Below, in pieces: positions 1-9,993 of a stretch of DNA of 64,000 nt. The stretch is taken from the NCBI GenBank assembly GCA_964016885.1, contig OZ024764.1, positions 23,064,001 through 23,128,000 on the forward strand, given 5' to 3'. A model generated the notes under the pieces. That model did not search any database. It was given only the letters and a program-made list of their open reading frames with translations, and was not told the origin of the DNA. How positions within the stretch are numbered: the first letter of the stretch is position 1; every line of letters begins with the position of its first letter. The stretch comes from Eledone cirrhosa. Taxonomy: Eukaryota. The position numbers and the translations under genes are program-made.

Positions 1-257
1 TTTCTTAGATTTTTTTCTAGACCCCTTTTCAATATTTTCTCTGAACCCCTTAGATACTTGCAATAGACGTTTTATTCCCCAGTATTAGGGTTAGGGTTTC
101 CGTTTTCAGGAAGAAATGTCGATTGCAAAGATCTAAGAGCTCGAGAAAAATAATAAGGAAAGATAATTATTTCCCAGCCAACTGGAGAAGTGTGTAGCTC
201 TTCTAAGCTCTGATAATCCTGTCTCCCACTTCTTTATCTACAAATCTAGTCGTTTCC
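1..257. mobile_element. Foldback MITE, right part (left end lies outside the window)
   Basis: Ends in TCTACAAATCTAGTCGTTTCC, the same terminus as the complete copies at 32812-33171 and 51992-52351. TTAGGGTTAGGG lies in the central loop. Confidence 0.7.
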
Positions 258-339
258 TGCTACTTTGAAGGCCCTATTTATTGATAACACCACTCGTAAA
301 TCTTTGTCAACTTTTCATACGTAAATTGTGAATCAGTTA

Positions 340-3300
340 TGACAAATTCACCTCGTGGACGAGAATGCGAGCACTCCTCTTTGTTTCGACCGCGGACGGC
401 TAACATAACCCCATCCCCGCCGTCCCCCACTGCCCGCACCCTCCAAACGCAATCCAAAACTTCAGAGTTGGTACCATAAATGTAGGCACCTTAAAGGGTC
501 GCGCTAACGAGGTTGTAGAAATGCTTGAACGTAAGGAGGTCGATGTTTGTTGTAATCAAGAGACCAGGTGGAGGGGTGGGTCTGCTAGATTCATCGTGGG
601 TAAAGAACGATGCTATAAGCTTTTCTGGGTGGGAAACGACGATGGGCTGGGTGGAGTAGGAATCATGGTAGCAGAAAAGTGGGCAGATAAGATAATAGAC
701 GTAAATAGAGTGAACGACAGAATAATTAAAATAAGACTTGTCCTCAATAGAACTACGGTGACAGTAATATCTGCGTACGCGCCCAAATCCGGACTGCCTG
801 GCGCTATAAAAGACAGATTCTATGAGACACTGATGCTCACTACCTCCCAAATAACCGACAGTGACTATATAATTATTGCAGGCGACCTAAATGGTCACGT
901 TGGACAACATTGTGACGGCTACGACGAAGTCCATGGAGGCTATGGGTTTGGTACCAGAAATGAGGAAGGCTCCAGAATCCTGGAATTCTGTGACGCAAAT
1001 AACCTAACTATCTGTAACACTAACTTCAAATAACGTGACAATCACCTGATCACCTATAGATCCGGGGAACACACAAGCCAGGTAGATTATATCCTTACCA
1101 GAAGACGTGACAAGAGTGTCTGTTGTAAACACTAAATCCCTCCCCCATGAAGAATGCACCTCCCAACATAGACTGATAATTAGCGACCTCATAGTCAGGA
1201 CGAGACGTACTCGACAGCAGAAGAGGACTATCCTCAGGAGAAAAATATGGAAGCTAAAGGACCCCACAGCCAGAAATAAATTTCAAAGCATATTACTTGA
1301 TGCTTTCGACAGTAAGGAAGAGCATTTAGAGTCGGACAATATAGAGGGACAGTGGGAATTTCTGAAAGCAAACCTGCTGATGGCGACAGACGAAGTCTGT
1401 GGCTGGAGCAGGCCTGTTGGCAGGAGGAGAGTAACATGATGGTGGAACAGTAAGGTGGAGGGGTCAATTAAGGCCAAAAAGCAGGCTTGGAAAGTATAGT
1501 GGGATGGGGGAAGTAGAGAAGACTATCAAGTGGCCAGGAGGGAAGCTAGGAGACAAGTGTACTTTGCAAGAAGGGAAGCAGAGGAAAGAAAGTTCAAGCA
1601 TGTTCTACAACGCGAGGACCAAAAACGTGAGGTGTTCAGGATTGCTAGGCAATGTGTCAAGGAAAACCGTGATATTGGTCGGGGAGAAGTGTGTACTTAA
1701 TGATGACGGCGTACTTGCCATCACCGACGCTGATAAGAAGGTAGCTTGGCAGTGTCACTATGAAAGGCTACTAAATGAGGAGAATAAATGAGAGAAAGAC
1801 AGTCTCCCCCATATCGACCCAATAGAGGGACCAGCAGTGTTAGTCGAGGGTAGTATAATAAGTAAGGCCATCAAGGATATGAAGACGGGTAAGGCGGCTG
1901 GGCCTTCGGAAATAGTTGCTGAGATGCTGAAGGCATCTGGCACGGTGGGACACACCATGGTCACCCGGATAGTTAACCAAGTCGTACAGAATGGGGTTGT
2001 TCCGAAGGACTGGCATAGCAGCATCATCGTTAACTGTTATAAGGGTAAAGGAGATGCCCTAGATAGGAGTAACTATAGAGGCATTAAATTAATCGACCAG
2101 GTCATGAAGGTCACGGAAAAAGTAATAGCGCAACTAATCAGAGAGAGAATTGACCTAGATGAAATGCAGTTCGGGTTTGTGTCAGGCAAAAGTACCACAG
2201 ACGCTCTTTTCATTGTACGTCAACTACAGGAGAAGTACCTAGCTAAAGGTAAACCCCTCTACTTAGCTTTTGTCGACTTGGAGAAAGCCTTCGACAGAGT
2301 CCCCCGTTCCATTATCTGGTGAGCCCTTAGAAAACTAGGTGTCGACGAATGGCTTGTGAGAGCTATACAAGCCATGTATAAAGAAACAGCCAGCAAGGTT
2401 AGAATTAACGAATATAGTGAAGAGTTTAGCGTAAAAGTTGGCGTCCATCAGGGCTCTGTTCTCAGCCCCCTACTATTTATTATTGCCCTTCAGGCTATAA
2501 CAGAGGAGCTCAAGACCGGCTGCCCATGGGAACTCCTATACGCAGACGACCTGACACTCATAGCTGAATCAATGGCCGAGCTAGAGAAGAAATTCCAAAC
2601 ATGGAAGCACGGCCTAGAATCAAAAGGCCTTAAAATTAACCTGGCTAAGACTAAAGTTCTAGTTTGTAGGAAAGAAAATAAGGCGGCGGTCCCTTCCGGG
2701 AAATGGCCATGCTCAGTGTGTAGGAAAGGCGTAGGTAGAAACTCCATTTTATGTCCCAAATGCAAAGTATGGGTGCATAAAAGATGTAGTGGGATCACAG
2801 GTAAGCTAACTAAGAACATAGATTTTACATGTGGGCGGTGCTCTGGTGCAATAAGTAGCAGCGAGTGCCCACAAAATACTAGCTCTTACAACTGCGCAGA
2901 GGGCTCTATAGAAATAGTGGACAGCTTCCGTTTCCTGGGTGACAAAATCAGCAGTGGGGGAGGGTACTCTGAAAGTACAGTAGCTAGAGTCAGAACTGGA
3001 TGGAAAAAGTTCAGAGAGCTTATACCACTATTAGCCGCTAAAGGGTTCTCCCTAAAAATGAAAGGCAGGTTGTATGATGCCTGCATACGAACAGCAATGT
3101 TGCATGGCAGTGAGACCTGGGCATTGTGTGCAGAGGGATATACGCAGACTAGAGAGGAACGAAGCTTGCATGCTCCGCTGGATGTGTAATAGTAATATAC
3201 GTGAACGGCAAAGCATAAACGAACTAAGGAAAAAATTAGAAATAAGAGGGATCAGATGTTGTTTACTCGAGAGAAGGCTACGTTGGTATGGACACGTGAT

Positions 3301-3882
3301 GCGCATGAAAGTCGATAGCTGTATAACAAAGTGCAGGGCAATAAAGATAGACGGTAGCCACGGAATAGGCAGACCTAGAAAATCCTGGGACAAGCTGATA
3401 AACTCCGACCTCACACACTTACACCTCTCCAAGACAATGTCACTGGACCGAGACCTTTGGCGGTACTCAGTAATAAAGAAGACCCGCCTTGCCTAAATAC
3501 ATAGTAAAACCTACTACAGCGAGTAGGCATCTCTAACAAAATACACACCCGTCCCCCCCACCCCATCCACACCACCCCCTCCTATGTAAACTTATGTTGG
3601 TGCCACACCATCCAGGCCGAAACAAATGAGATCGTGTAGGTGTCACGACAAAAAAACACACAGTCCACGCTGTAATGTGGCCGTGTAGGTAACACAGTAA
3701 AAACCTCCCAGTTCCATACTGTAAATGTGGTTGGTGTTAGGAAGGGCATCCAACTGTAGAAAACCCGCCAGACAGTCCTATGCGAGCAAGACAATCACTC
3801 TTGCCTCAAGTGGGTATACCCCCGTCCAAACCCATGCAAGCGTGGAACACGGACGTTAAACGTTGATGATGATGATGATAAT
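340..3882 (+). mobile_element. Near full-length RTE-clade LINE (APE endonuclease, RT, PHD-like Cys/His insert), disabled
   Basis: ORF pieces: APE motifs GTINVGTL/QETRW/SAYAP/GDLNGHVG (461-1033); RT motifs NYRGIKL, QFGF, FVDLEKAFDRV, GVHQGSVLSPLLF, YADD (1837-3189); C-terminal RLRWYGHVMRM...GRPRKSW (to 3496). Ends in a (GAT)n tail at about 3864-3882. Several stops and frameshifts. Confidence 0.92.
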
Positions 3883-3884
3883 GG

Positions 3885-4200
3885 GAGTGTCTCTCACAGA
3901 CGCACACACACAAGTCTCTTGTTATAATTTTAAAATTTTTCGTTCAACAACACCACCAGCTTTCTTACTCTATCTCTCTCTCTCTCTCTCCCTCTCTCTC
4001 TCTCTCTCTTTATGAAGGTACCTGAAAAACCCCATATCTCGGGAACCTGTGCTCTGATTTACATGAAACTTATTTTATCCCATCTGTATTCCCATTTCAG
4101 TGTCAACTTCCTTTCAAACTATTTCCCCATTATGCCCCGTTTTGGCTGTATTACATTACAGACAAGACACAATCACAGAATTTTAGGTTTATAATGTATC
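3885..4200 (-). mobile_element. Non-autonomous Helitron-like element, reverse partial copy, including a (CT)n tract
   Basis: Reverse complement of the 7440-7829 element (e.g. TTTATGAAGGTACC...CAAGACACAATCACAGA). Confidence 0.65.
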
Positions 4201-4530
4201 ATCATAGAGTAATACAGTTATTACAAGTTTCTGAGTATCTTATAATGTTCTTTTATTATTTGAGAATACCAGAGTACATGAAAAACCCCATATCTCGGGA
4301 ACCTGTGCTCTGATTTACATGAAACTTATTTTATCCCATCTGTATTCCCATTTCAGTGTCAACTTCCTTTCAAACTATTTCCCCATTATGCCCCGTTTTG
4401 GCTGTATTACATTACAGACAAGACACAATCACAGAATTTTAGGTTTATAATGTATCATCATAGAGTAATACAGTTATTACAAGTTTCTGAGTATCTTATA
4501 ATGTTCTTTTATTATTTCAGAATACCAGAG
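4024..4530 (+). repeat. 256-bp direct tandem duplication that includes the ZnF splice acceptor
   Basis: 4024-4274 is nearly identical to 4280-4530. The first copy has TTTGAG where the second has TTTCAG. Confidence 0.9.
4500..4521 (+). promoter_or_regulatory. Putative 3' splice acceptor of the ZnF coding exon (paralogues end at 19395, 37813, 53441)
   Basis: TTCTTTTATTATTTCAG|AATACC is conserved in all four units upstream of the ZnF ATG. Confidence 0.65.
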
Positions 4531-4726
4531 GACATTGGCATTAAAGAGCACGTTACATCAGACATATCCTCAACATTAACCATTTCTAATGAAAGACACT
4601 AACCATCATTTTCAAATAATTTTGAAAACACTCAACACTTTGAAGTGATTTAGTAATATAACTAAATTTCTCAGTATTAAGCTGTGAATTATGTGAGAAA
4701 CTGATTGATATCTTTTAGTAGGAGAT

Positions 4727-6010
4727 ATGTCGAAAAATATAGTAAAATCAACATTCCACTGTGATATCTGTGGGAAATCATTCTCTCGTAGTGATAACCT
4801 AACTACTCACAAACGTATTCATACAGAAGAGAAGCCATATCAGTGTGATATCTGTGACAAATCATTCAGTCACAGTAGTAACGTCAGAGTTCACAAACGT
4901 ATTCATACAGGAGAGAAGCCATATCACTGTGATATCTGTGGTAAATCATTCAGTCGCAGTAATACCTTAACTACTCACAAACGTATTCATACAGGAGAGA
5001 AGCCTTATAAGTGTGATATCTGTGGTAAATCATTCAGTTACAATACTAGCGTCAGAGTTCACAAACAAATTCATACAGGAGAGAAGCCATATCGCTGTGA
5101 CATCTGTAGTAAATCATTCTCTGACAGAAGTAGCTTCCTTAAACATCAACGTATTCATACAGGAGAGAAACCATATCAGTGTGATATCTGTGACAAATCA
5201 TTCAGTCACAGTAGTAGCGTCAGAGTTCACAAACGTATTCATACAGGAGAGAAGACATATCACTGTGACATCTGTGGTAAATCATTCAGTCAGAGTAATA
5301 CCTTAACTACTCACAAACGTATTCATACAGGAGAGAAACCATATCACTGTGATATCTGTGATAAATCATTCTCTCGTAGTAATAACCTAACTACTCACAA
5401 ACGTATTCATACAGGAGAGAAACCATATCACTGTGATATCTGTGGTAAAACGTTCTCTAAAAACAATAACCTAACTACTCACAAACGTATTCATACAGGA
5501 GAGAACCCATATCATTGTGATATCTGTGGTAAATCATTCACTTGTAGTCAGCACCTAACTACTCACAAACGTATTCACACAGGAGAGAAGCCATATCAAT
5601 GTGATATCTGTGATAAATCATTCAGTGACAGTAGTAGCTTCAGAGTTCACAAACAAATTCATACAGGAGAGAAGCCACATCACTGTGACATCTGTGGTAA
5701 ATCATTCAGTCACAGAAATACCTTAATTACCCACAAACGTATTCATACAGGAGAGATACCATATCACTGTGATATCTGTGGTAATTCATTCTCTCAGAGT
5801 AATCACCTAACTACTCACAAACGTATTCATACAGGAGAGAAGCCATATCACTGTGATATCTGTGGTAATTCATTCTCTCAGAGTAATCACCTAACTACTC
5901 ACAAACGTATTCATACAGGGGAGAAGCGTTATCACTGTGACATCTGTGGTAAATCATTCTCTCCCTGTAGTAACTTAACCAAGCATGTGCGTATTCATAC
6001 AGAAGTTTAG
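4727..6010 (+). CDS. C2H2 zinc-finger protein 1: 15 tandem fingers, no effector domain
   Basis: 427-aa intact ORF: a 10-aa leader, 14 x 28-aa CxxC-x12-HxxxH units with TGEKPY-type linkers, and a terminal finger ending HVRIHTEV. Confidence 0.93.
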   Translation: MSKNIVKSTFHCDICGKSFSRSDNLTTHKRIHTEEKPYQCDICDKSFSHSSNVRVHKRIHTGEKPYHCDICGKSFSRSNTLTTHKRIHTGEKPYKCDICGKSFSYNTSVRVHKQIHTGEKPYRCDICSKSFSDRSSFLKHQRIHTGEKPYQCDICDKSFSHSSSVRVHKRIHTGEKTYHCDICGKSFSQSNTLTTHKRIHTGEKPYHCDICDKSFSRSNNLTTHKRIHTGEKPYHCDICGKTFSKNNNLTTHKRIHTGENPYHCDICGKSFTCSQHLTTHKRIHTGEKPYQCDICDKSFSDSSSFRVHKQIHTGEKPHHCDICGKSFSHRNTLITHKRIHTGEIPYHCDICGNSFSQSNHLTTHKRIHTGEKPYHCDICGNSFSQSNHLTTHKRIHTGEKRYHCDICGKSFSPCSNLTKHVRIHTEV

Positions 6011-6272
6011 CTGTGTCAATATCAACTCATTACATCATACTACTACAACAAATGTGTAGATCCATCATCCTTGCTAAAACTGGGGATAACCTTGTAGGTT
6101 TTACCTAGGACAGGGATCATAAACACCAGGTTTCCATTTTTGAAGTAGTGTTTGAAGATTTTGTGTAAATTAAAGTTTTTCACATTAAACTTTCATTTAT
6201 TATACTTTAACAGGTAAGATATATATTTGTATTTTTAGTAAAAGTTGGGAACTTCTGTAATTTGAACCTTCC

Positions 6273-6278
6273 AATAAA
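6273..6278 (+). terminator. Putative poly(A) signal of ZnF1 (paralogues at 21320, 39925, 55310)
   Basis: AATAAA about 260 nt after the stop, followed by a GT/T-rich tract (TTTTGTTGTTG), in all four genes. Confidence 0.6.
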
Positions 6279-6514
6279 ATGAAAACTTTTGTTGTTGTTA
6301 GTCAGACATTGTCTCAAATATCACAGATTAAACAGATTTTAACAATAACAACAGAAATCAATAACTTGTAAGCCTAATATCTAGCTTCCATTTTAACTAT
6401 TTGATATTGTTGTTCCCCTCCTGTCTCTTCAGGTCTTTTAGATTTCAACTTCTATCTACTGTACTATTCCATCACCAAGGCAACATTCATCTGGCTGGCA
6501 GCTTACATCAACTA

Positions 6515-6655
6515 CAGATCTCCAACCCTTCTTTCTCCAGATAGTCTTGTATCTGTCAGTCCCTCTATATCTTATATTTAACAGGGAGATCTTTTACTCT
6601 CCAACCCTTCTATCTCCAGATAGTCTTGTATCTGTCAGTCCCTCTAGATCTTACA
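6515..6655 (+). repeat. ~79-bp minisatellite inside a decayed minus-strand RTE endonuclease fragment (also 21700-21950, 40290-40720, 55690-55860, 61971-62120)
   Basis: Unit TTATATTTAACAGGGAGATCTTTTACT...CAGTCCCTCTAGATC, with copy number varying between units. Confidence 0.75.
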
Positions 6656-6943
6656 CCTAGTATCTAGTCTATGTTGAGTGGTACGTCGTTCTCCAGTAAA
6701 GGAGTTAATATTCCCAACCATCTGTCTATCCTGTTTTCTGATGAGAATGAAGTCAATCTAGTTTATCTCTTCACCTGATTGAAGTAACTAGATCAAGTAA
6801 CTAGATGGTTTCCTGTAAGTTAGTGTTGCAGTGTTTGTGTCACCATGTAAGGTTTATATCTATTAATATAGAGATGTAGTAAAGTTTTCACTGTTGTATC
6901 TCTATTTTCTAAATATCTTAATAATGTTTCTCTACTATTTCAG

Positions 6944-7330
6944 AATATCACATGACCTTGACAGAAAAGAGTCTTTTAAAGACAACAGAAAGATGTTACA
7001 TTCAAGTGATATAAACTTGTTTAGTCTGTGGTGAATTATGGTGAAATATTTCTTCTGAATTGAGATAAATAACAACATATTCCTTTTTCACTGTCTGGAA
7101 TATTTACAAGATGATTTTACATTCTGATTAAACTTTGGATATTTACAAAGGAGTTTTCAAAATATTTGGATATTGACAAAGATCACGTTTGATAAAATTA
7201 TGAACAATAGAAATATTTACATCAACATAGGAATATTTTCCAGAAGAGATGGGAAAATCATTATACCACTGTAATATTTGTGGTAAAGTATTCTCTCTTC
7301 TTTATATGTAGAACATCTAACTAAACACTT
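6944..7330 (+). pseudogene. Relic second ZnF exon (acceptor, leader, one broken finger); copies start at 22230, 41010, 56150, 62409
   Basis: The acceptor TTTCTCTACTATTTCAG|AATATC resembles the main acceptor. The leader shares CACTGTCTGGAATAT.TACAAGATGATTTTA with the ZnF3/4 leaders. It ends EEMGKSLYHCNICGKVFS...* followed by an out-of-frame HLTKH. Confidence 0.7.
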
Positions 7331-7439
7331 TAACTAACAAACTATTGTGTTATAGAATTGACAAACTTGAGGAATGTTTAACAAATGTTACAGATTTCTC
7401 CAAACTGTCATTTACTAACTTTAATTTGAAGCTATATTA

Positions 7440-7829
7440 TCTATATACTACTAAAACTCTGTGATTGTGTCTTGTCCGTAATTTAATACAGCTAAAACAG
7501 TGCATAATGGTGAAATACTTTGAAAAGAATAAAACAAGTTTTGTATAAAATGGAGCTCAGGTTCCCAAGACACGGGGTTTTCTGGGTACCTTCATAAATA
7601 TGGGAGAGAAAGAGATAGTGGTTGTGAGAGTGAGGAGACCGATGGAAGAGAGAGAGAGAGAGCTGCTGGTGTTGTTTAATAAAATGTGTGCGTATATATA
7701 TATACATATGTGTCTATATATATATATATGTCTGTATATTTTAACTATTTGAAAATTATTTTTAATTGAACATGATTTTAAAATAATAGTTTTAAGGGAA
7801 CGTGACCCAACAGATCGCGGGTGGTCTAG
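7440..7829 (+). mobile_element. Non-autonomous Helitron-like element (copies at ~22727-23036, 41500-41872, 56643-57009, 62905-63237)
   Basis: 5' A|TCTATATACTACTAAAA; 3' subterminal hairpin CGTGACC-caaca-GGTCCCG (as read in the 41.8 and 57.0 kb copies) followed by CTAG|T; no TSD; internal microsatellites. Confidence 0.7.
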
Positions 7830-8237
7830 TTTGTTACTAAATACTAGATATTAGAGGGTCATGTTGTTCTAGATGTGCTGGAAGAGCCATTCCATCTCGT
7901 GAGGCTCACACCAGCAGCTAGCCACCTCAGCACCTATGGTGGTATATTTATTATATTATTTATTCTTTATCATTAACATTAATATAAAAGATAATTATAT
8001 ATTTTTAGAGAAGAACCTCTAACTTCATATAGCTTTGGGCTTCAGTAGGTAAAAGTCTGGCCCTGCTTGTCTTGTATTTTTTAGGGGAGAAGTTAGGGAA
8101 TACTGTTATTGTGTGAAAGTTTTCTAAATCTTCTTCAGCCACTAACATGGAGAAGATATTTCAGTAAGAAGGTTCACATCCTGACATCTATAGCTGTTAA
8201 CAATGAGATTGGAATTCATTATTAAACAAATATTATA

Positions 8238-9165
8238 TCATAATCACTGTTTAACATCAGTTTTTCCACGCTGGCATGGGTTAGACGAGTTATCCTGTTG
8301 TAAGCAATGCCAGGTCAGGTGACCACGTGTTGCTCCTACAGAACAAATTTTGGTTTGGTTTCTACAGCTGGATGCCCTTCCTAGCACCAACCTTAATTAC
8401 ATTGAGTACTGGGTGCATTTTACCATCTTACCATCACGACCTCTTTACAGTGTAGGCTGGGTGCTTTTTGTAGTGACACCTACATGACCACTTTACAGTG
8501 TGGGCTGGTTGCTTTTTGTTGTGACACCTACATGACCACTTTATAGTGTGGACTGGGTACTTTTTGTTGTGACACCAATTCAAAGTTTTGGCTGGGTACT
8601 TTTTGTTGTCACCTACATGACCACTTTACAGTCTTGGCTGGGTGCTTTTTGCTGTGACACCTACGCAACCGCTTTATAGTGTGGGCTGGTTTCTTTTTGT
8701 CATATCACCTACATGACCTGTTTATAGTATTGGCTGTGTGTTCTTTACAGTGTGGGCTGGTTTCTTTTTGTCATATCACCTACATGACCACCTTATAATA
8801 TTGGCTGTGTGTTCTTTACAGTGTGGGCTGGTTTCTTTTTGTCATATCACCTACATGACCACCTTATAATGTTGGCTGTGTGTTCTTTGTAGTGTGGGCT
8901 GGTTTCTTTTTGTCATATCACCTACATGACCACCTTATAATGTTGACTGTGTTCTTTACAGTGTGGGCTGGTTTCTTTTTGTCATATCACCTACATGACC
9001 ACCTTATAATGTTTACTGTGTATTCTTTGCAGTGTGGGTTGGGTGCTTTTTGTCATATCACCTACATGACCAGCTTATAATGTTGACTGTGTGTTCTCTA
9101 CAGTGTGGGTTGGGTGCTTTTTGTCATATCACCTACCCAACCACTTTGCAGTGTGGGCAGTGAAA
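8238..9165 (-). repeat. RTE 3' tail (minus strand) expanded into a ~48/~70-bp minisatellite (also 23420-23925, 42058-42505, 57415-57970, 63390-63805)
   Basis: GGTTTCTACAGCTGGATGCCCTTCCTAGCACCAACC is the reverse complement of the tail at about 3730-3765. Tandem unit CCACTTTACAGTGTGGGCTGGGTGCTTTTTGTTGTGACACCTACATGA. Confidence 0.8.
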
Positions 9166-9194
9166 TATCAGTAATGCACCAGCTCCAATATTCA

Positions 9195-9700
9195 GTAATC
9201 AGAAGAAGGGAGGTAGGCATAAAAGCCAAACTTGCTGTCTTCAATTAGCTTTTTGTGCCAACCCTTACCTATGGTCACATATCTTGGGTAATGACCAAAA
9301 GAATATGATTGGGAATACAAGTGGCAGATATGGGATTCCTCTGAAGGGTCTTTGAAAGAACGTTTCTCAATAAAGTGCATAGCTCTGAGATCAGAGAGTC
9401 ACTCCAGGTGGAGCTGTTACTTCTCCGAATTGAGAGATCACAGCTGCAATACTATAGCCATGTGGTTAGAATGTCTGAGGAAAGAATCACTGGATAGATT
9501 TTACAGGCAACACTAACCGGCAGGAGACCCAGGGGTAGACCTGAGCAAGATGGTCACATAACATCCATGAGCTTGGCTGGTCTCTCTGGGAGATCCAGCC
9601 ACATAAGTTGGAGTGGGTTGCTTCTGACAGGACCTGTTGAAGGGAGTGTTTGAGGACTCTGCCCCCAAGACCCTCTCTGGAATGAGTGGGTTAATAAGAA
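9195..9700 (+). mobile_element. Rex3/Expander-like RTE C-terminal fragment (copies at 42540-43045, 58005-58515, 63840-64000)
   Basis: Translates as LTYGHISWVMTKR...SEIRESLQVELLLLRIERSQLQYYSHVVRM...GRRPRGRP, with stops. Confidence 0.75.
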
Positions 9701-9993
9701 GAGGTTGAGGTTACATCATCAACATCAGATTTCCCTGCTAGCAAGGGTTTAATGAGTCTACTTCAACCAAGTAAGTACTGAAGTGAGGCTACTGATCTCC
9801 CAGACAGACCAAGGATCTGAGACTTATTTACATAAGGTCTCATTAGCTACTGAGTGCACAGAAAAGGTTGTCATGTCTTTGTCATGATTGAAGGATTCTC
9901 CGACACTATTGTTGGGCAAGCTTTCTATGGCTAGATGTCCTTCACATGACCAACCACATTACAGCCTGTGTTGGGTGTGTTTATCATGTAGGT

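Noticed and set aside
5013-5306. Alternative-frame and antisense ORFs over the finger arrays (also 20728-20937, 39379-39609)
   Set aside because: Shadow frames of the 84-bp finger periodicity.
6075-6135. Stem-loop in the ZnF 3'UTR (AAACTGG..TAGGT-ttt-ACCTA..CCAGGTTT)
   Set aside because: Short and imperfect; sharing among recent duplicates is not evidence of selection, and no covariation is visible.
6730-6765. CTGATGA motif repeated in each unit
   Set aside because: No stem II or GAAA in register; it lies in a decayed minus-strand RTE endonuclease fragment.
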